Notes: generated from the letters alone by a model not told the origin. A stretch of 64,000 bases of DNA from Planctomycetota bacterium (GCA_965228735.1 OZ245838.1:5664001-5728000), one strand, 5' to 3'; positions 28,427-38,490 are shown, counted from the first letter of the stretch. Translations and numbers: made by a program.

Positions 28427-29878
28427 CTACGGCAGAACCGTGAGCTGGACGCCCGCGGTGGCGCCGAGGACCAGCTGCGCATCGAAGTAGACCGCCTGCG
28501 CGAAGACGGGCAGGCCGGCCAGGTTGGCGTCGTTCGGCAGCGCGAGCGGCACGGTCATCGTCGGGCCGGGAACGAGCAGCATGCCGAGCAGGGGATCGAC
28601 GAGGACATCGATGCCGGGGATGGTCGGCGGCGCCACGTTCGAGAGGCCGAGCACGGCGCCGGCGAGCGTCGGCGTCGTCGTGGCCGTGATCTCGAGTTCG
28701 AAGCCCGCGTTGCCGACGCGCGGCAGTCCGCTCGGGCTCGGCGCGACCTGCCACTCGAGACCGAGGTCGACGCCGCTGCGTTCACCGTAGACCTCGGGAT
28801 CGGGGTCTAGGTCGAGGCCGCTCGCGACGCCCCAGCCGCCGACGGGATCGCCGACGGCGGGCTGCAGCGCGCCGCTGGGAGCGCCCGGGGTGATGCGGTA
28901 GACGTCGCGCTGCGAGCACGCCGCACCCGCGACGAGGTAGATGTCGCCGGTCGCGGGCTCGATGCGCACGGTCTCCGCGTACAGCAGTCCCGCGGCCGCC
29001 AGCTGCGGGAACGTCGTCGTCGCGGTCGTGCCCGGGTCGAACCGGAGCAGCTGCGCGTCGCCGCCGTTCACCGAGTAGCTGGTCACGAGCAGGTTGCCGT
29101 CGTTGTCGAGCGCGAGGCCCGTGACGAGCTCGCCCGGCATCGCGAACGCGAGCACGGGCGCGCCGCCCGCCGGGTAGTCGATGCGATAGACCGCGCTGCT
29201 GCTCTGCGAGAACACGCCGAGCCAGACGGTGGCGCGCTCCGCGTCGAACGCCATCGCGTTCGCGCCGCCGGCCGGCAGCGGGGACACGGGCACCGTCGTC
29301 AACGCGCCCGCGGTGCCCGGCGGCAGCGCCGGGTCGAGCACGGCGAGCGCGGCGGTCGCGAACGTCTCGCCCGTCTGGAACGTGTTGGGATCGACCGCGA
29401 GCAGCACCTTGCCGTCGGGCAGCGCGGCGGCCTGCGGCAGTCCGGCCGCGCCCCACGCGCCGTTGCCGAGGACGCCGACGTCGTAGCGCGTTTGCGCAAC
29501 GACGTCGAGGCCGTCGAGTTCGAGCACGAACACGGGCATCTCCTGACCGATCGTGCTGTCGCCCCACGCGTTGGTCACGATGCGGTTCGTGTGCGGCAGC
29601 CGGATCGCGAAGTCGGCGCCGTGAATGAACGTGCTCGCGGGCACATCGCCGCGCACTTCGGCCGGGACGTTCGTGAGTGCGATCGCCGGGCCGCCGCGCG
29701 GGTCGAACGCGAACAGGCCGCCGAAACCGGGGATGGGGCAGGGCTGCGTCGTCGTCAGGCGATAGCAGCCCGCGAGCATCCAGCCGTCGGGCAACTGGGC
29801 CCGCAGCGGCGCGAGCATCGCGAGGGCGGTGAGCGGGAGGACGAGCCGGGAGGGCAGACGACGGCGGGCCGGATTCAT
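28427..29878 (-). CDS. Secreted beta-propeller-like protein with the shared C-terminal module (Cys-less variant)
   Basis: Signal ..LAPLRAQ. Blade-like motifs LPDGKVLL, LALDNDGNLLV, IEPATGDIYL. C-terminus GLPRVG..LPNDANLAGLPVFAQAVYFD. Confidence 0.75.
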   Translation of the reverse strand: MNPARRRLPSRLVLPLTALAMLAPLRAQLPDGWMLAGCYRLTTTQPCPIPGFGGLFAFDPRGGPAIALTNVPAEVRGDVPASTFIHGADFAIRLPHTNRIVTNAWGDSTIGQEMPVFVLELDGLDVVAQTRYDVGVLGNGAWGAAGLPQAAALPDGKVLLAVDPNTFQTGETFATAALAVLDPALPPGTAGALTTVPVSPLPAGGANAMAFDAERATVWLGVFSQSSSAVYRIDYPAGGAPVLAFAMPGELVTGLALDNDGNLLVTSYSVNGGDAQLLRFDPGTTATTTFPQLAAAGLLYAETVRIEPATGDIYLVAGAACSQRDVYRITPGAPSGALQPAVGDPVGGWGVASGLDLDPDPEVYGERSGVDLGLEWQVAPSPSGLPRVGNAGFELEITATTTPTLAGAVLGLSNVAPPTIPGIDVLVDPLLGMLLVPGPTMTVPLALPNDANLAGLPVFAQAVYFDAQLVLGATAGVQLTVLP

Positions 29879-29969
29879 GTAGACCCGATGTCCGCGGAGT
29901 CCCCGTTCGGACGCGGTTTTGCCCGATTGTTTCGTTCGTGCCCGGGCTCTCGCTATCCTGCTCGCCCCG

Positions 29970-30503
29970 ATGACCGAGGCTGCTGACAAGAGGACCAAGA
30001 CGCTCGCGACGTTCCAGGTGAACGGCGAGCCGCTCGAGGTGGCGTTCTCGCCGCACAAGACCCTGCTGGAGGTGCTCCGCGAGGAGATGGAGCTCACCGG
30101 GACGAAGCACGGCTGCGAGCTCGGCGAGTGCGGCGCGTGCACGGTGCGGGTCGACGGGACGCCGATCCTGAGCTGCCTCTACCTCGCCGTCGATGCGATC
30201 GGCAAGGACGTCCGCACGGTCGAGGGCATGGCCGTCGGCAGTGACCTCGCGCCGCTGCAGCACACGTTCGCCGACCTCGGCGCCGCGCAGTGCGGCTATT
30301 GCACGCCCGGCATCCTGATGGCCGCCGAAGCGCTGCTCGAGCAGAACCAGAACCCGACGCGGGACGACATCAAAGAGCACCTCGCGGGCAACCTCTGCCG
30401 GTGCACGGGCTATCTCAAGATCTTCGAAGCGGTCGAACTCGCGGCGGCGCGGATGCGCGGCGAAGATGCCGAGCCGAGCAAGGAGTCGATCTATGGTTCT
30501 TGA
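29970..30503 (+). CDS. [2Fe-2S] small subunit of a xanthine-oxidase-family molybdoenzyme (HcrC/CoxS-like)
   Basis: GTKHGCELGECGACTV..SC, QCGYCTPG, NLCRCTGY. Confidence 0.92.
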   Translation: MTEAADKRTKTLATFQVNGEPLEVAFSPHKTLLEVLREEMELTGTKHGCELGECGACTVRVDGTPILSCLYLAVDAIGKDVRTVEGMAVGSDLAPLQHTFADLGAAQCGYCTPGILMAAEALLEQNQNPTRDDIKEHLAGNLCRCTGYLKIFEAVELAAARMRGEDAEPSKESIYGS

Positions 30504-33033
30504 TGATCCGAGCAGCCGCGACGTGCGCGTCGACGCGAAGGACAGGAGCCACCCGGACGCGAGCCCCGACGCGCCGTGGCAGCACGACAAGAAGGACTTC
30601 ACGGCGATCGGCAAGCCGATCCGCAAGGTCGACGCGCGCAGCAAGGTCAGCGGGCTCACGCAGTTCGCCGACGACCTGAAGTTGCCGCGCATGCTGCACC
30701 TGAAGCTGCTGCGCGCGACGGTGCCGCACGCTGAGATCGTGTCGATCGACACGAGCAAGGCGGCGGAGCTGCCGGGCGTGAAGGGCATCCTCACGGGCAA
30801 GGACATGCCGACGCCGTTCGGCATCCTGCCGGTGAGCCAGGACGAGCACGCGCTGTGCCCCGACAAGGTCCGGTTCGTCGGTGACCCCGTCGTCGCGATC
30901 GCCGCGACGGAGGAGGAGACGGCGTGGGACGCGTGTCGCCTCGTCGACGTGCAGTATCGGCAGCTCGAGACCATCGGCGGCATCGAGGAAGCGGCCGAGA
31001 ACGACGAGCCGCGGCTGCACGACTACGGCGTGCGCGGCAACATCCACCGGCTCGAGAACCTCGAGTTCGGCGACCTCGACGACGGCTTCGCCCGCGCCGA
31101 GCACGTCCGCGAGGACACGTTCTTCTTCGAGGGCAACACGCACCTGCCGATGGAGCAGCACGCGACCCTCGCGCACTTCGACAAGGACGGCAAGCTCACG
31201 ATCTGGTCGAGCACGCAGACGCCGCACTACCTGCACAAGGCGCTCGCGCGCGTGCTGCACCCGCTGCCGGCACATCGCATCCGCGTGATCGCGTGCCCCA
31301 ACGGCGGCGGCTTCGGCGGCAAGAGCGATCCGTTCAACCACGAGATCTGCGCTGCCAAGATGTCGATGCTGACGGGGCGGCCCGTCAAGATCGCGCTGAC
31401 CCGCGAAGAGGTCTTCTACTGCCACCGCGGTCGGCACCCGGTGCTCATGCAGAGCAAGATCGGGGTCGGCAAGTCGGGGCGCATCACCGCGCTCGACTTC
31501 AAGAGCTTCCTCGACGGCGGCGCCTACGGCAGCTACGGCACGGCGAGCACGTTCTACACGGGTGCTTTGCAGACCGTGACCTACGCGGTCGAGAACTACC
31601 ACTTCCGCGGCGCGCGCTTCTTCACGTGCAAGGCGCCGTGCGGGCCCAAGCGCGGGCACGGCACGCCGCAGCCGCGCTTCGCACTCGAGGTGCAGCTCGA
31701 CAAGATCGCGTGCGACCTCGGTCTCGATCCGGCGAAGATCCGGCTCGACAACCTCGCGCCCAGGGATTCGCTGACCGCCAACTTCCTGCGCATCGGCTCG
31801 ATGGGGCTCGGCGCGTGCATCGAGAAGGTCGTCGAGGGGTCGGGCTGGAACGAGCGGCGCGGCAAGAAGGAGCGCACGAAGGACGGCTGGATCAAGGGCC
31901 TCGGCCTCGCGTGCAGCAGCTACCTCTCCGGCGCCGGCCTGCCGATCTACTGGAACGGCATGCCGCACTCCGGCGTGCAGCTGCAGCTCGACCGCAGCGG
32001 GCTCGTCACCGCGTTCTGCGGCAGCACCGACATCGGCCAGGGCAGCGACAGCGTGCTCGGCTGGATCATCGGCGAGGTGCTCGGCATCGACCCGCTCGAC
32101 ATCAAGGTCGTCACGGCCGACACCGACCTCACGCCCGTCGACCTCGGCAGCTACAGCTCGCGTGTCACGGTCATGACCGGCAACGCCGCGATGCAGGCCG
32201 CCGAGCGCGCCCGCGACATCATCGCCCAGTCCGTAGCCAAGAAGCTCGAGGTGCCGGCCGGCCGTCTCGTCTTCGCCGACTCGCGCGTGTTCGACGCGGA
32301 AGAACCCAAGACCGGCATGACGTTCCAGGAGGCGATCCAGGTCGCCGAGGCCGAGAACGGCACGATCGGCACCGTCGGCAGCTACGCGCCGCCGAAGTCC
32401 GCGGCCAAGTTCCGCGGCGGCGGCGTCGGACCGAGTCCGAGCTACAGCTACTCGGCCGCGGTGGTGGAGGTCGAGGTCGATCCCGACACCGGCGTCTACC
32501 GCGTGCCCAAGGTCTGGATGGCGCACGACATCGGCAGAGCGCTCAACGCCGCGGTCGCGATGGGGCAGATCGAGGGTTCGGTCTACATGGGCCTCGGCGA
32601 GGCGATGATGGAGGAACAGGTCTACCGCGACCGTTCGCACAAGGGGCAGCGCATCTTCGTGCACAAGATCCCCTCACTGCTCGAGTACAAGAGTCCGACG
32701 ACGTTCGAGATGCCCGACGTCGTGACCTACGTCGTCGAGGACCCGGACAAGAACGGGCCGTTCGGCGCCAAGGAGGTCGGGCAGGGTCCGCTGCTGCCGA
32801 TGATGCCCGCCGTCGCCAACGCGGTGTTCGACGCCGTCGGCGTCCGCGTCGACGAGGTCCCGGTGTCGTTCGAGAAGGTGTTCGCGGCGATGCAGGCCGA
32901 CGACAAGCGGCACGGGCCGGCCGGCGTGCCCGACGTCGACTTCGGCGAGCCGCTGCAGGTCGAGACGCCGTGGCAGGGCGGCGACGGTCGCGCGAAGAAC
33001 GATCCCAAGCGCACCAAGAAGGCGGCCAAGTAG
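30493..33033 (+). CDS. Molybdopterin-binding large subunit, 4-hydroxybenzoyl-CoA reductase alpha (HcrA)-like
   Basis: STQTPH, GGGFGGK, HRGRHP, RGHG, DIGQG, GSYSSRVT, GQIEG, GPFGAKEVGQG. SD aaggag precedes ATG 30493. Confidence 0.88.
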   Translation: MVLDDPSSRDVRVDAKDRSHPDASPDAPWQHDKKDFTAIGKPIRKVDARSKVSGLTQFADDLKLPRMLHLKLLRATVPHAEIVSIDTSKAAELPGVKGILTGKDMPTPFGILPVSQDEHALCPDKVRFVGDPVVAIAATEEETAWDACRLVDVQYRQLETIGGIEEAAENDEPRLHDYGVRGNIHRLENLEFGDLDDGFARAEHVREDTFFFEGNTHLPMEQHATLAHFDKDGKLTIWSSTQTPHYLHKALARVLHPLPAHRIRVIACPNGGGFGGKSDPFNHEICAAKMSMLTGRPVKIALTREEVFYCHRGRHPVLMQSKIGVGKSGRITALDFKSFLDGGAYGSYGTASTFYTGALQTVTYAVENYHFRGARFFTCKAPCGPKRGHGTPQPRFALEVQLDKIACDLGLDPAKIRLDNLAPRDSLTANFLRIGSMGLGACIEKVVEGSGWNERRGKKERTKDGWIKGLGLACSSYLSGAGLPIYWNGMPHSGVQLQLDRSGLVTAFCGSTDIGQGSDSVLGWIIGEVLGIDPLDIKVVTADTDLTPVDLGSYSSRVTVMTGNAAMQAAERARDIIAQSVAKKLEVPAGRLVFADSRVFDAEEPKTGMTFQEAIQVAEAENGTIGTVGSYAPPKSAAKFRGGGVGPSPSYSYSAAVVEVEVDPDTGVYRVPKVWMAHDIGRALNAAVAMGQIEGSVYMGLGEAMMEEQVYRDRSHKGQRIFVHKIPSLLEYKSPTTFEMPDVVTYVVEDPDKNGPFGAKEVGQGPLLPMMPAVANAVFDAVGVRVDEVPVSFEKVFAAMQADDKRHGPAGVPDVDFGEPLQVETPWQGGDGRAKNDPKRTKKAAK

Positions 33034-33058
33034 GAGACCGGTAGGAGAACCCAGAGCG

Positions 33059-34039
33059 ATGCTGCGACTTCCCACGTTCACCTACCATCGGCCGAAGACC
33101 GCGGCGGACGCCGTGGCGCTCAAGGCCGAGCACGGTCCGGCCGCGATGTTCGTCGCGGGTGGCACCGATCTCTATCCCAACATGAAGCGTCGGCACCAGG
33201 ACCCGACGCACGTGATCTCGCTGCAGGACCTGCAGGGCGTGCACGCGATCGAAGTGCAGGACGACGGCAGCGTTGCGATCGGCGCGATGGTCAAGCTGTC
33301 GACGATCGAACACCACCCGCACATCAGGGAGCACTACCCGGCGATCGCGCACGCGGTGCGCGAGATCAGCACGCCGCTGCTGCGCAACATGGGCACGATC
33401 GGCGGCAACCTGCTGCTCGATACGCGCTGCACCTACTACGACCAGTCGCACGAGTGGCGCGAGTCGATCGACTTCTGCATGAAGAAGGACGGTGCGATCT
33501 GCTGGGTCGCGCCGGGCTCGCCGCGGTGCTGGGCCGTGCAGAGCAGTGACACCGTGCCCGTCGTCTGCGCGATGGAGGCCGAGGTCGAGCTCGCTGACGG
33601 CGACGGCACGCGGCGCATCGAGGCCAAGGACCTCTACCAGGACGACGGCATCGAGTACCTGACGAAGAAGCCGGAGGAGCTGCTCACGCGGTTGATCCTG
33701 CCGGCGCCGGGCAGCTGGAAGTCGGCCTACACCAAGCTGCGCCGGCGCGACACGTTCGACTTTCCGGTGCTCGGGGTCGGCGCGTGCCTGTGGTTCGACG
33801 GCGACGGCACGGTGACGAAGGCCAACGTGCGCCTCGGCGGGGCGGGCTCGTACGCGATTCCCGCGACGGCGACCGAGGACCTGCTCGTCGGGCAGAAGCT
33901 CACGGACCAACTCGTCGCCGACGCCGGCAAGGCCGCGATGAAGCCGGCCCGCACGATGGACAACACCGACCTCGACGTCTACTGGCGGAGGAAGGTCGCG
34001 CCGGTCTACGTCGCGCGCGCGATCGCCGCGTGTCGCTGA
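33059..34039 (+). CDS. FAD-binding medium subunit with a [4Fe-4S] insert, HcrB-like
   Basis: AGGTDL, RNMGTIGGNL, and the 4-Cys insert DTRCTYYDQSHEWRESIDFCMKKDGAICWVAPGSPRCWA. Confidence 0.88.
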   Translation: MLRLPTFTYHRPKTAADAVALKAEHGPAAMFVAGGTDLYPNMKRRHQDPTHVISLQDLQGVHAIEVQDDGSVAIGAMVKLSTIEHHPHIREHYPAIAHAVREISTPLLRNMGTIGGNLLLDTRCTYYDQSHEWRESIDFCMKKDGAICWVAPGSPRCWAVQSSDTVPVVCAMEAEVELADGDGTRRIEAKDLYQDDGIEYLTKKPEELLTRLILPAPGSWKSAYTKLRRRDTFDFPVLGVGACLWFDGDGTVTKANVRLGGAGSYAIPATATEDLLVGQKLTDQLVADAGKAAMKPARTMDNTDLDVYWRRKVAPVYVARAIAACR

Positions 34040-34710
34040 GGTCGACTCGTAGCGCGCCGCCGCGCCGTCGCGTTGCCGCGTTCGTCCCCGCAGTGCTGGT
34101 CGGATGGGCCCTCACCGCCTGTCGCGGTGAAGAGCCGTGGCGCGCGCCCTTGTCCGGCGAAGCGCGGATGCTGCGGCGGGCGGCGACCGACCTTCGCAAG
34201 GCGGTCGCGGAGAAGAACGGCGCCCTCGCGAAAATCCGACTCACCGCTGCGAGTCTCGGTGTCGTCGATCGCGCGCGCCGCGCCGCGTTGCGCATGCCGG
34301 CGGAGCAGCTTCGAACCCTGCCGCCCGTCGCGCAGGTTCGGACGCTCACGATGCGCGCCCGCTACGGCGAGGCGTTGACCGACATGCTGAGCGACACCGT
34401 CGATCGCCTCGTCATGGACGGCGCCTTGGCGCTGCCGCGTGGCCTCGAGCGCATCGCGTCCGGGACCGCAGCGCTCGAGATCCGCGATGACGAGGCGCGT
34501 TGCCGCGTCGGGCTCGATGACGAGTCGGCGACTGCAGCGGTCAGCATCACGCTGCGGCAGGAGGCCGGGGCGTGGCGGTTCGACCTCGAATCCCTCGATA
34601 CCGCGCTCGGACGCGAGCTCCGCGGCGCCGACGAGGCCACCATCCTGCGCCGGGTCGGCGAGCTCGCGGGCCGCCCCGTGGACGCCGCGATCTGGCAGCC
34701 GCTGCGCTGA
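34030..34710 (+). CDS. Hypothetical protein, possible lipoprotein; start uncertain
   Basis: 3' part of ORF 33784..34710. Hydrophobic stretch ending LTAC and C-terminal EAGAWRFDL. It fills the gap after the operon. Confidence 0.5.
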   Translation: MSLRSTRSAPPRRRVAAFVPAVLVGWALTACRGEEPWRAPLSGEARMLRRAATDLRKAVAEKNGALAKIRLTAASLGVVDRARRAALRMPAEQLRTLPPVAQVRTLTMRARYGEALTDMLSDTVDRLVMDGALALPRGLERIASGTAALEIRDDEARCRVGLDDESATAAVSITLRQEAGAWRFDLESLDTALGRELRGADEATILRRVGELAGRPVDAAIWQPLR

Positions 34711-34767
34711 TCCGGGTGGGGTCATCGCGGGCTCAACCGCGGGCCGGGAAACGCCGATAGTGTCGAC

Positions 34768-35493
34768 ATGTTCGACGTTCGGCGGCTCTGCAAGAAGCTC
34801 GTCACGCCCTTTCGCCAATACCTCGGCCGGCTGACCGTCGTCGACCGCTACCTGCGCGGCGAAGGGCTCGAGATCGGCGCGCTGCAGGACCCGATGCCGA
34901 TGCCGAGGGGCACCCGGGTGCGCTACGTCGACATTGCCAGGACCGAGGAACTGCGCGCGATGTACCCGGCCAAGACGCGGCGCTGGCTCGTCGACGTCGA
35001 CGTCGTGGACGACGGCGAGAAGTTGGCAACCGTCGAGGACGGTTCGCAGGACTTCGTCGCGAGCAACCACTTCTTCGAGCACACCGAGGATCCGATCGGC
35101 GCCCTGCGCAACATGCTGCGCGTCGTGCGTCCGGGCGGGGTCGTCTACATGTCGGTGCCCGACAAGCGCCATATGTTCGACCGCGACCGGCCATCGACGA
35201 CGGTCGAGCACGTCGTCCGCGATCATGAGGACGGGCCGGCCTGGTCGCGGAACCAGCACTACGAAGAGGTCGTGCGGCTCGGCATCAAGGTCGAGGGTGA
35301 GGGCGCGATCGCGACGCGGGTGCAGGAGCTGAAGGAGCAGGACTTCCGCATCCACTTCCACTGCTGGTCGCAGACCGACTTCCTCGAGCTGCTGACTAGC
35401 CTGCAGCGCCGCGCGGCCTTCCCGCGCTTCGACATTGCCGAGTTCGTCGCGAACGAGCAGGAGATGGTCGTCGTGCTGCGGAAACTGCCGTAG
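34768..35493 (+). CDS. Class I SAM-dependent methyltransferase-like protein
   Basis: GLEIGA, YVD, DFVASNHFFEHTEDP..LRVVRPGG..VPD. Confidence 0.85.
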   Translation: MFDVRRLCKKLVTPFRQYLGRLTVVDRYLRGEGLEIGALQDPMPMPRGTRVRYVDIARTEELRAMYPAKTRRWLVDVDVVDDGEKLATVEDGSQDFVASNHFFEHTEDPIGALRNMLRVVRPGGVVYMSVPDKRHMFDRDRPSTTVEHVVRDHEDGPAWSRNQHYEEVVRLGIKVEGEGAIATRVQELKEQDFRIHFHCWSQTDFLELLTSLQRRAAFPRFDIAEFVANEQEMVVVLRKLP

Positions 35494-35523
35494 TCGGCGC
35501 CACGACTCGGTAGGCTCACAGCC

Positions 35524-36204
35524 GTGTCGCTGTGGCTCGCGATTCCGCTGGGTGTCGGCCCCTGCCTGTTGTGGTTGTGGATGGTCTATCGCCACGACGA
35601 CCACGAGCAGGAGCCGTGGACGCATATCGCGCTGGCGTTCGCGCTCGGCGCGCTGTCGGTGATCGGCGTGCTCGTGACGCGGCCGTGGCTCGATGCCGCG
35701 TTCGAGGTCGTGACGCCCGCGCTCGACGCGTTCGTCGTCACGGCGCTGAACGAGGAGCTCTGGAAGTTCGGCGCGTTCCTGCCGCTGCTCGCGACGGCCG
35801 AGCTCGATGAGCCGTTGGACGGGGCGCTCTATGGCGCGGCGTGCGGTCTCGGCTTCGCCGGGGTCGAGAACGTGATCTACGCGCAGCACTGTGACGTCTC
35901 GGTGCTGTTCCAGCGCGCGTTCACGTCGACGCTGCTGCATGCGGCATGTTCGGGTGGGCTCGGGTTCTTCGCGGCGCTCGTGAAGCTGCATCCGCGGGAT
36001 CGCTGCGTCCCGCTCTGGATCGCGTTCGCGCTGCCGCTCGCCGTCGTTCTGCACGGGCTCTACGATCTCTATCTCGACGGCGACCGCGTGCGGGCGCAGG
36101 TGTCGCTGATCCTCGTGTTGCCCGTCGCGCTGTATCTGCTCGTGCTCAAGCTGCGCTGGGCGCGGTCGCGCTCACCCGATTATCACCCCGAGGAAGACTC
36201 GTGA
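35524..36204 (+). CDS. PrsW-family intramembrane glutamic protease
   Basis: EELWK, GLGFAGVEN, LHAAC and LHGLYD motifs in a multi-TM protein. Confidence 0.9.
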   Translation: MSLWLAIPLGVGPCLLWLWMVYRHDDHEQEPWTHIALAFALGALSVIGVLVTRPWLDAAFEVVTPALDAFVVTALNEELWKFGAFLPLLATAELDEPLDGALYGAACGLGFAGVENVIYAQHCDVSVLFQRAFTSTLLHAACSGGLGFFAALVKLHPRDRCVPLWIAFALPLAVVLHGLYDLYLDGDRVRAQVSLILVLPVALYLLVLKLRWARSRSPDYHPEEDS

Positions 36205-37139
36205 CGTTGCCCGACGACCAGCTGCGCCGCATCGGTCGGCTGCGCGAGCTGTTCCTCGACGACGCGAGGGGTGGTCGGCGGCTGGCTGACTACTGGCGTG
36301 ACTTCGATGACCTGCAGGCCTACGACCGGGTGCTCGCGGCGCGCATCGGCTGGAAGTGGGACGCGGCGCTGACCGAAGCACGCGACCGCGGGTTCGCGCC
36401 CGGGGCGGATGCGCGGGTCCTCGACTTCGGCTGTGGCTCGGGCATCGCGGCCCGGCGCTACGTCGAGCACTTCGCCGCCGCAGATGTCGCGTTCCATGAT
36501 CGTTCGACGCATGCGATGGAGTTTGCGCTCCGCGAGTTCGGCGTCGAACGAGCGGGGTGCGGCGGGCGGATCGCGGCTGACGTCACGACCGCGGAACCCG
36601 ACGTGTTGCTGGTGAGTCACGTGTTGTCGGAGCTCGACGACCGCGGCCGGCGCGGGCTGCGCGAGCTGATTTCCCGGTCGCAGAACGTGCTCATCGTCGA
36701 GTCGGGCAACCGAAGCGCGGCCCGGCGGCTCTCCGAGATGCGCGATGGGCTCCTGGATCGGTTTCGCATCGTCGCGCCGTGCCCACACGCCGAAGGATGC
36801 CCCGCACTCGCGACGGCCGAAGACTGGTGCCACTTCTTCGCCGCCCCGCCGCCCGAGGTCTTCACCGATGGCGACTGGGTGAAGACCGCGCGTAGCGTCG
36901 GCGTCGACCTCCGAGCTCTGCCCTACGCGTTCTTGGCGCTGACGCGCGACGACGAACCGGCCCCGGCCGTCGAGCCGCCACCCAATCGCATGCTCGGCCG
37001 CCCGAAGATCAAGTCCCGCGACGCGCTGGTGACCGTGTGCACCGCTGACGGCCTCGAGCGCCGCGCAGTGGACAAGAAGCGCGATCGCGAATCCTTCCGC
37101 CAGCTGAAGAAGCATCCGGAGTCCGTGCGCACGCTGTGA
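36201..37139 (+). CDS. Rsm22-family SAM-dependent methyltransferase-like protein
   Basis: GTGA overlap with the PrsW gene. VLDFGCGSG, SHVLSEL, IVESG, APCPHAEGCP..WCHF, VCTADG. Confidence 0.8.
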   Translation: MTLPDDQLRRIGRLRELFLDDARGGRRLADYWRDFDDLQAYDRVLAARIGWKWDAALTEARDRGFAPGADARVLDFGCGSGIAARRYVEHFAAADVAFHDRSTHAMEFALREFGVERAGCGGRIAADVTTAEPDVLLVSHVLSELDDRGRRGLRELISRSQNVLIVESGNRSAARRLSEMRDGLLDRFRIVAPCPHAEGCPALATAEDWCHFFAAPPPEVFTDGDWVKTARSVGVDLRALPYAFLALTRDDEPAPAVEPPPNRMLGRPKIKSRDALVTVCTADGLERRAVDKKRDRESFRQLKKHPESVRTL

Positions 37140-37179
37140 ACATACGGAACCCGCCAGCAGTGACTCCCGGTTTGTCTCA

Positions 37180-37276
37180 CACCGTACGGAACCAGGTTCA
37201 TGCTGCCGGCCCCCGGAACGCCGCCCGCAAGGCAGCGCCCCCGCGGCCGGCAGCATGAACCTGGTTCCGTACGGTG
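37180..37276. repeat. 32-bp perfect inverted repeat (REP-like pair)
   Basis: caccgtacggaaccaggttcatgctgccggcc at 37180-37211 and its exact reverse complement at 37245-37276. Confidence 0.9.
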
Positions 37277-37309
37277 GCGGATTTGAAGCGGGTTCGGTAT
37301 CGCCATCAC
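37273..37309 (+). repeat. Dispersed copy of the repeat arm at 60303..60339
   Basis: ggtggcggatttgaagcgggttcggtatcgccatcac matches 60303..60339 at 34 of 37 positions. Confidence 0.85.
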
Positions 37310-38415
37310 TGCCCGAGTGCGCCTGGCAGGGGTGGAGCGATGCGGCCGTCAGTGGCGCGATAGGCATTGCCGAAGCCGAGTGCGTCGGCAACCGTCGCAG
37401 CCGTCATCGCCTGCGTGGCGTTGACGTTCTCGCGCACGCCGAGCGGTTTCGTGTCGGGGCCGAGGATCGCGAACCACACTTCCTCGGCGCCCTTGATGTC
37501 GGCGTTGTGGTTCGTCCAGTCGTGCGGGTCGCGGCCGCGGCCGTGGTCGACGGTGACGAGCAGCGTCGTCTTGCCGCGATACTGCGGGTCGCTCTGCGCC
37601 CAGTCCCAGAGCTCGCGGATCATCGCGTCCGCGCGGTTGGCCATCTGCAGATACAGATCGTAACGCCTGCTGTGCGCCCATTCGTCCGTCTCGCCGAGCG
37701 CGAGGTACAGCACGCGCGGCTTCTTCACGACGAGATACTCCTTCGTGCGCGCGAACGTCGCGCCGTCGAGCGCGAAGTATTCCCAATAGCGCGGCATGTT
37801 GTCGAACTGGGCCTGCAGCAGGGCGCGCCGTTCGGGCGTCACTGCTACCGTGACGGGGTCGTACGCCGACTCCACGAACACGCCGCTGCGATCCGCGTTG
37901 ATCATGTAGGGATGCACGTCCCAGCCGGAGAACGCCGCGACCCGACCGCGCAGCTCGGGCTGCCCGTTCAAGAACTCGAGCACCGTGATGTTGGGGTTGG
38001 GCAGCTTGTTGTTGCTCTTGATGCGCTCGTCGGCGAACCCGCAGAGCAGCTCGCTGTAGCCGGGATAGGAGAAGCGGTGCGGGTTGGAGACCTTCGCCCT
38101 CGCCCCGCGTTCGGGGTCGCCGAAGATCTGGCCCTGCTCGGCGATCACCGACCAGAGGAACGGCATGAGCACCTTGCGGCGCGCCTCTTCGGTGCCGCGC
38201 CAGAACCGCCGCCGGGTCGCCAGCAGGTCCTTCACGCCGCCGTGGTCGACGTTCATCATCCGGTTGTCCGCGCCCGTGAAGACGTCCTGCCACCGCAGGC
38301 CGTCGAGGGTTACGAGGATGACGTTCTCCGCCCGCCGAACGGGCTCGATCTGGGCGAACACTGGGCTCCCGAGGGCCGTGGCGGCGACCAGGGCCGCGAG
38401 CAGGATCGTGCGCAT
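37306..38415 (-). CDS. Secreted alkaline-phosphatase-superfamily (metalloenzyme/phosphoglyceromutase-like) protein
   Basis: NVILVTLDGLRWQ, FSYPGY, GETDEWAH, VTVDHGRG. Signal ..PVFAQ. Confidence 0.85.
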   Translation of the reverse strand: MRTILLAALVAATALGSPVFAQIEPVRRAENVILVTLDGLRWQDVFTGADNRMMNVDHGGVKDLLATRRRFWRGTEEARRKVLMPFLWSVIAEQGQIFGDPERGARAKVSNPHRFSYPGYSELLCGFADERIKSNNKLPNPNITVLEFLNGQPELRGRVAAFSGWDVHPYMINADRSGVFVESAYDPVTVAVTPERRALLQAQFDNMPRYWEYFALDGATFARTKEYLVVKKPRVLYLALGETDEWAHSRRYDLYLQMANRADAMIRELWDWAQSDPQYRGKTTLLVTVDHGRGRDPHDWTNHNADIKGAEEVWFAILGPDTKPLGVRENVNATQAMTAATVADALGFGNAYRATDGRIAPPLPGALGQ

Positions 38416-38490
38416 GCGCACAGCATCGGGATCGACGGCCGAGGCCGCCAGGGCCCGTTACCTCCCGTCGCAGCGGGATTATTCGGTCGC

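Noticed and set aside
29970..34039. Assigning the gene symbols hcrC/hcrA/hcrB or coxSLM
   Set aside because: The CO-dehydrogenase AYxCSFR motif is absent. Orthology to true 4-HBCR is unproven given the Glu-to-Gln change and the missing pathway context.
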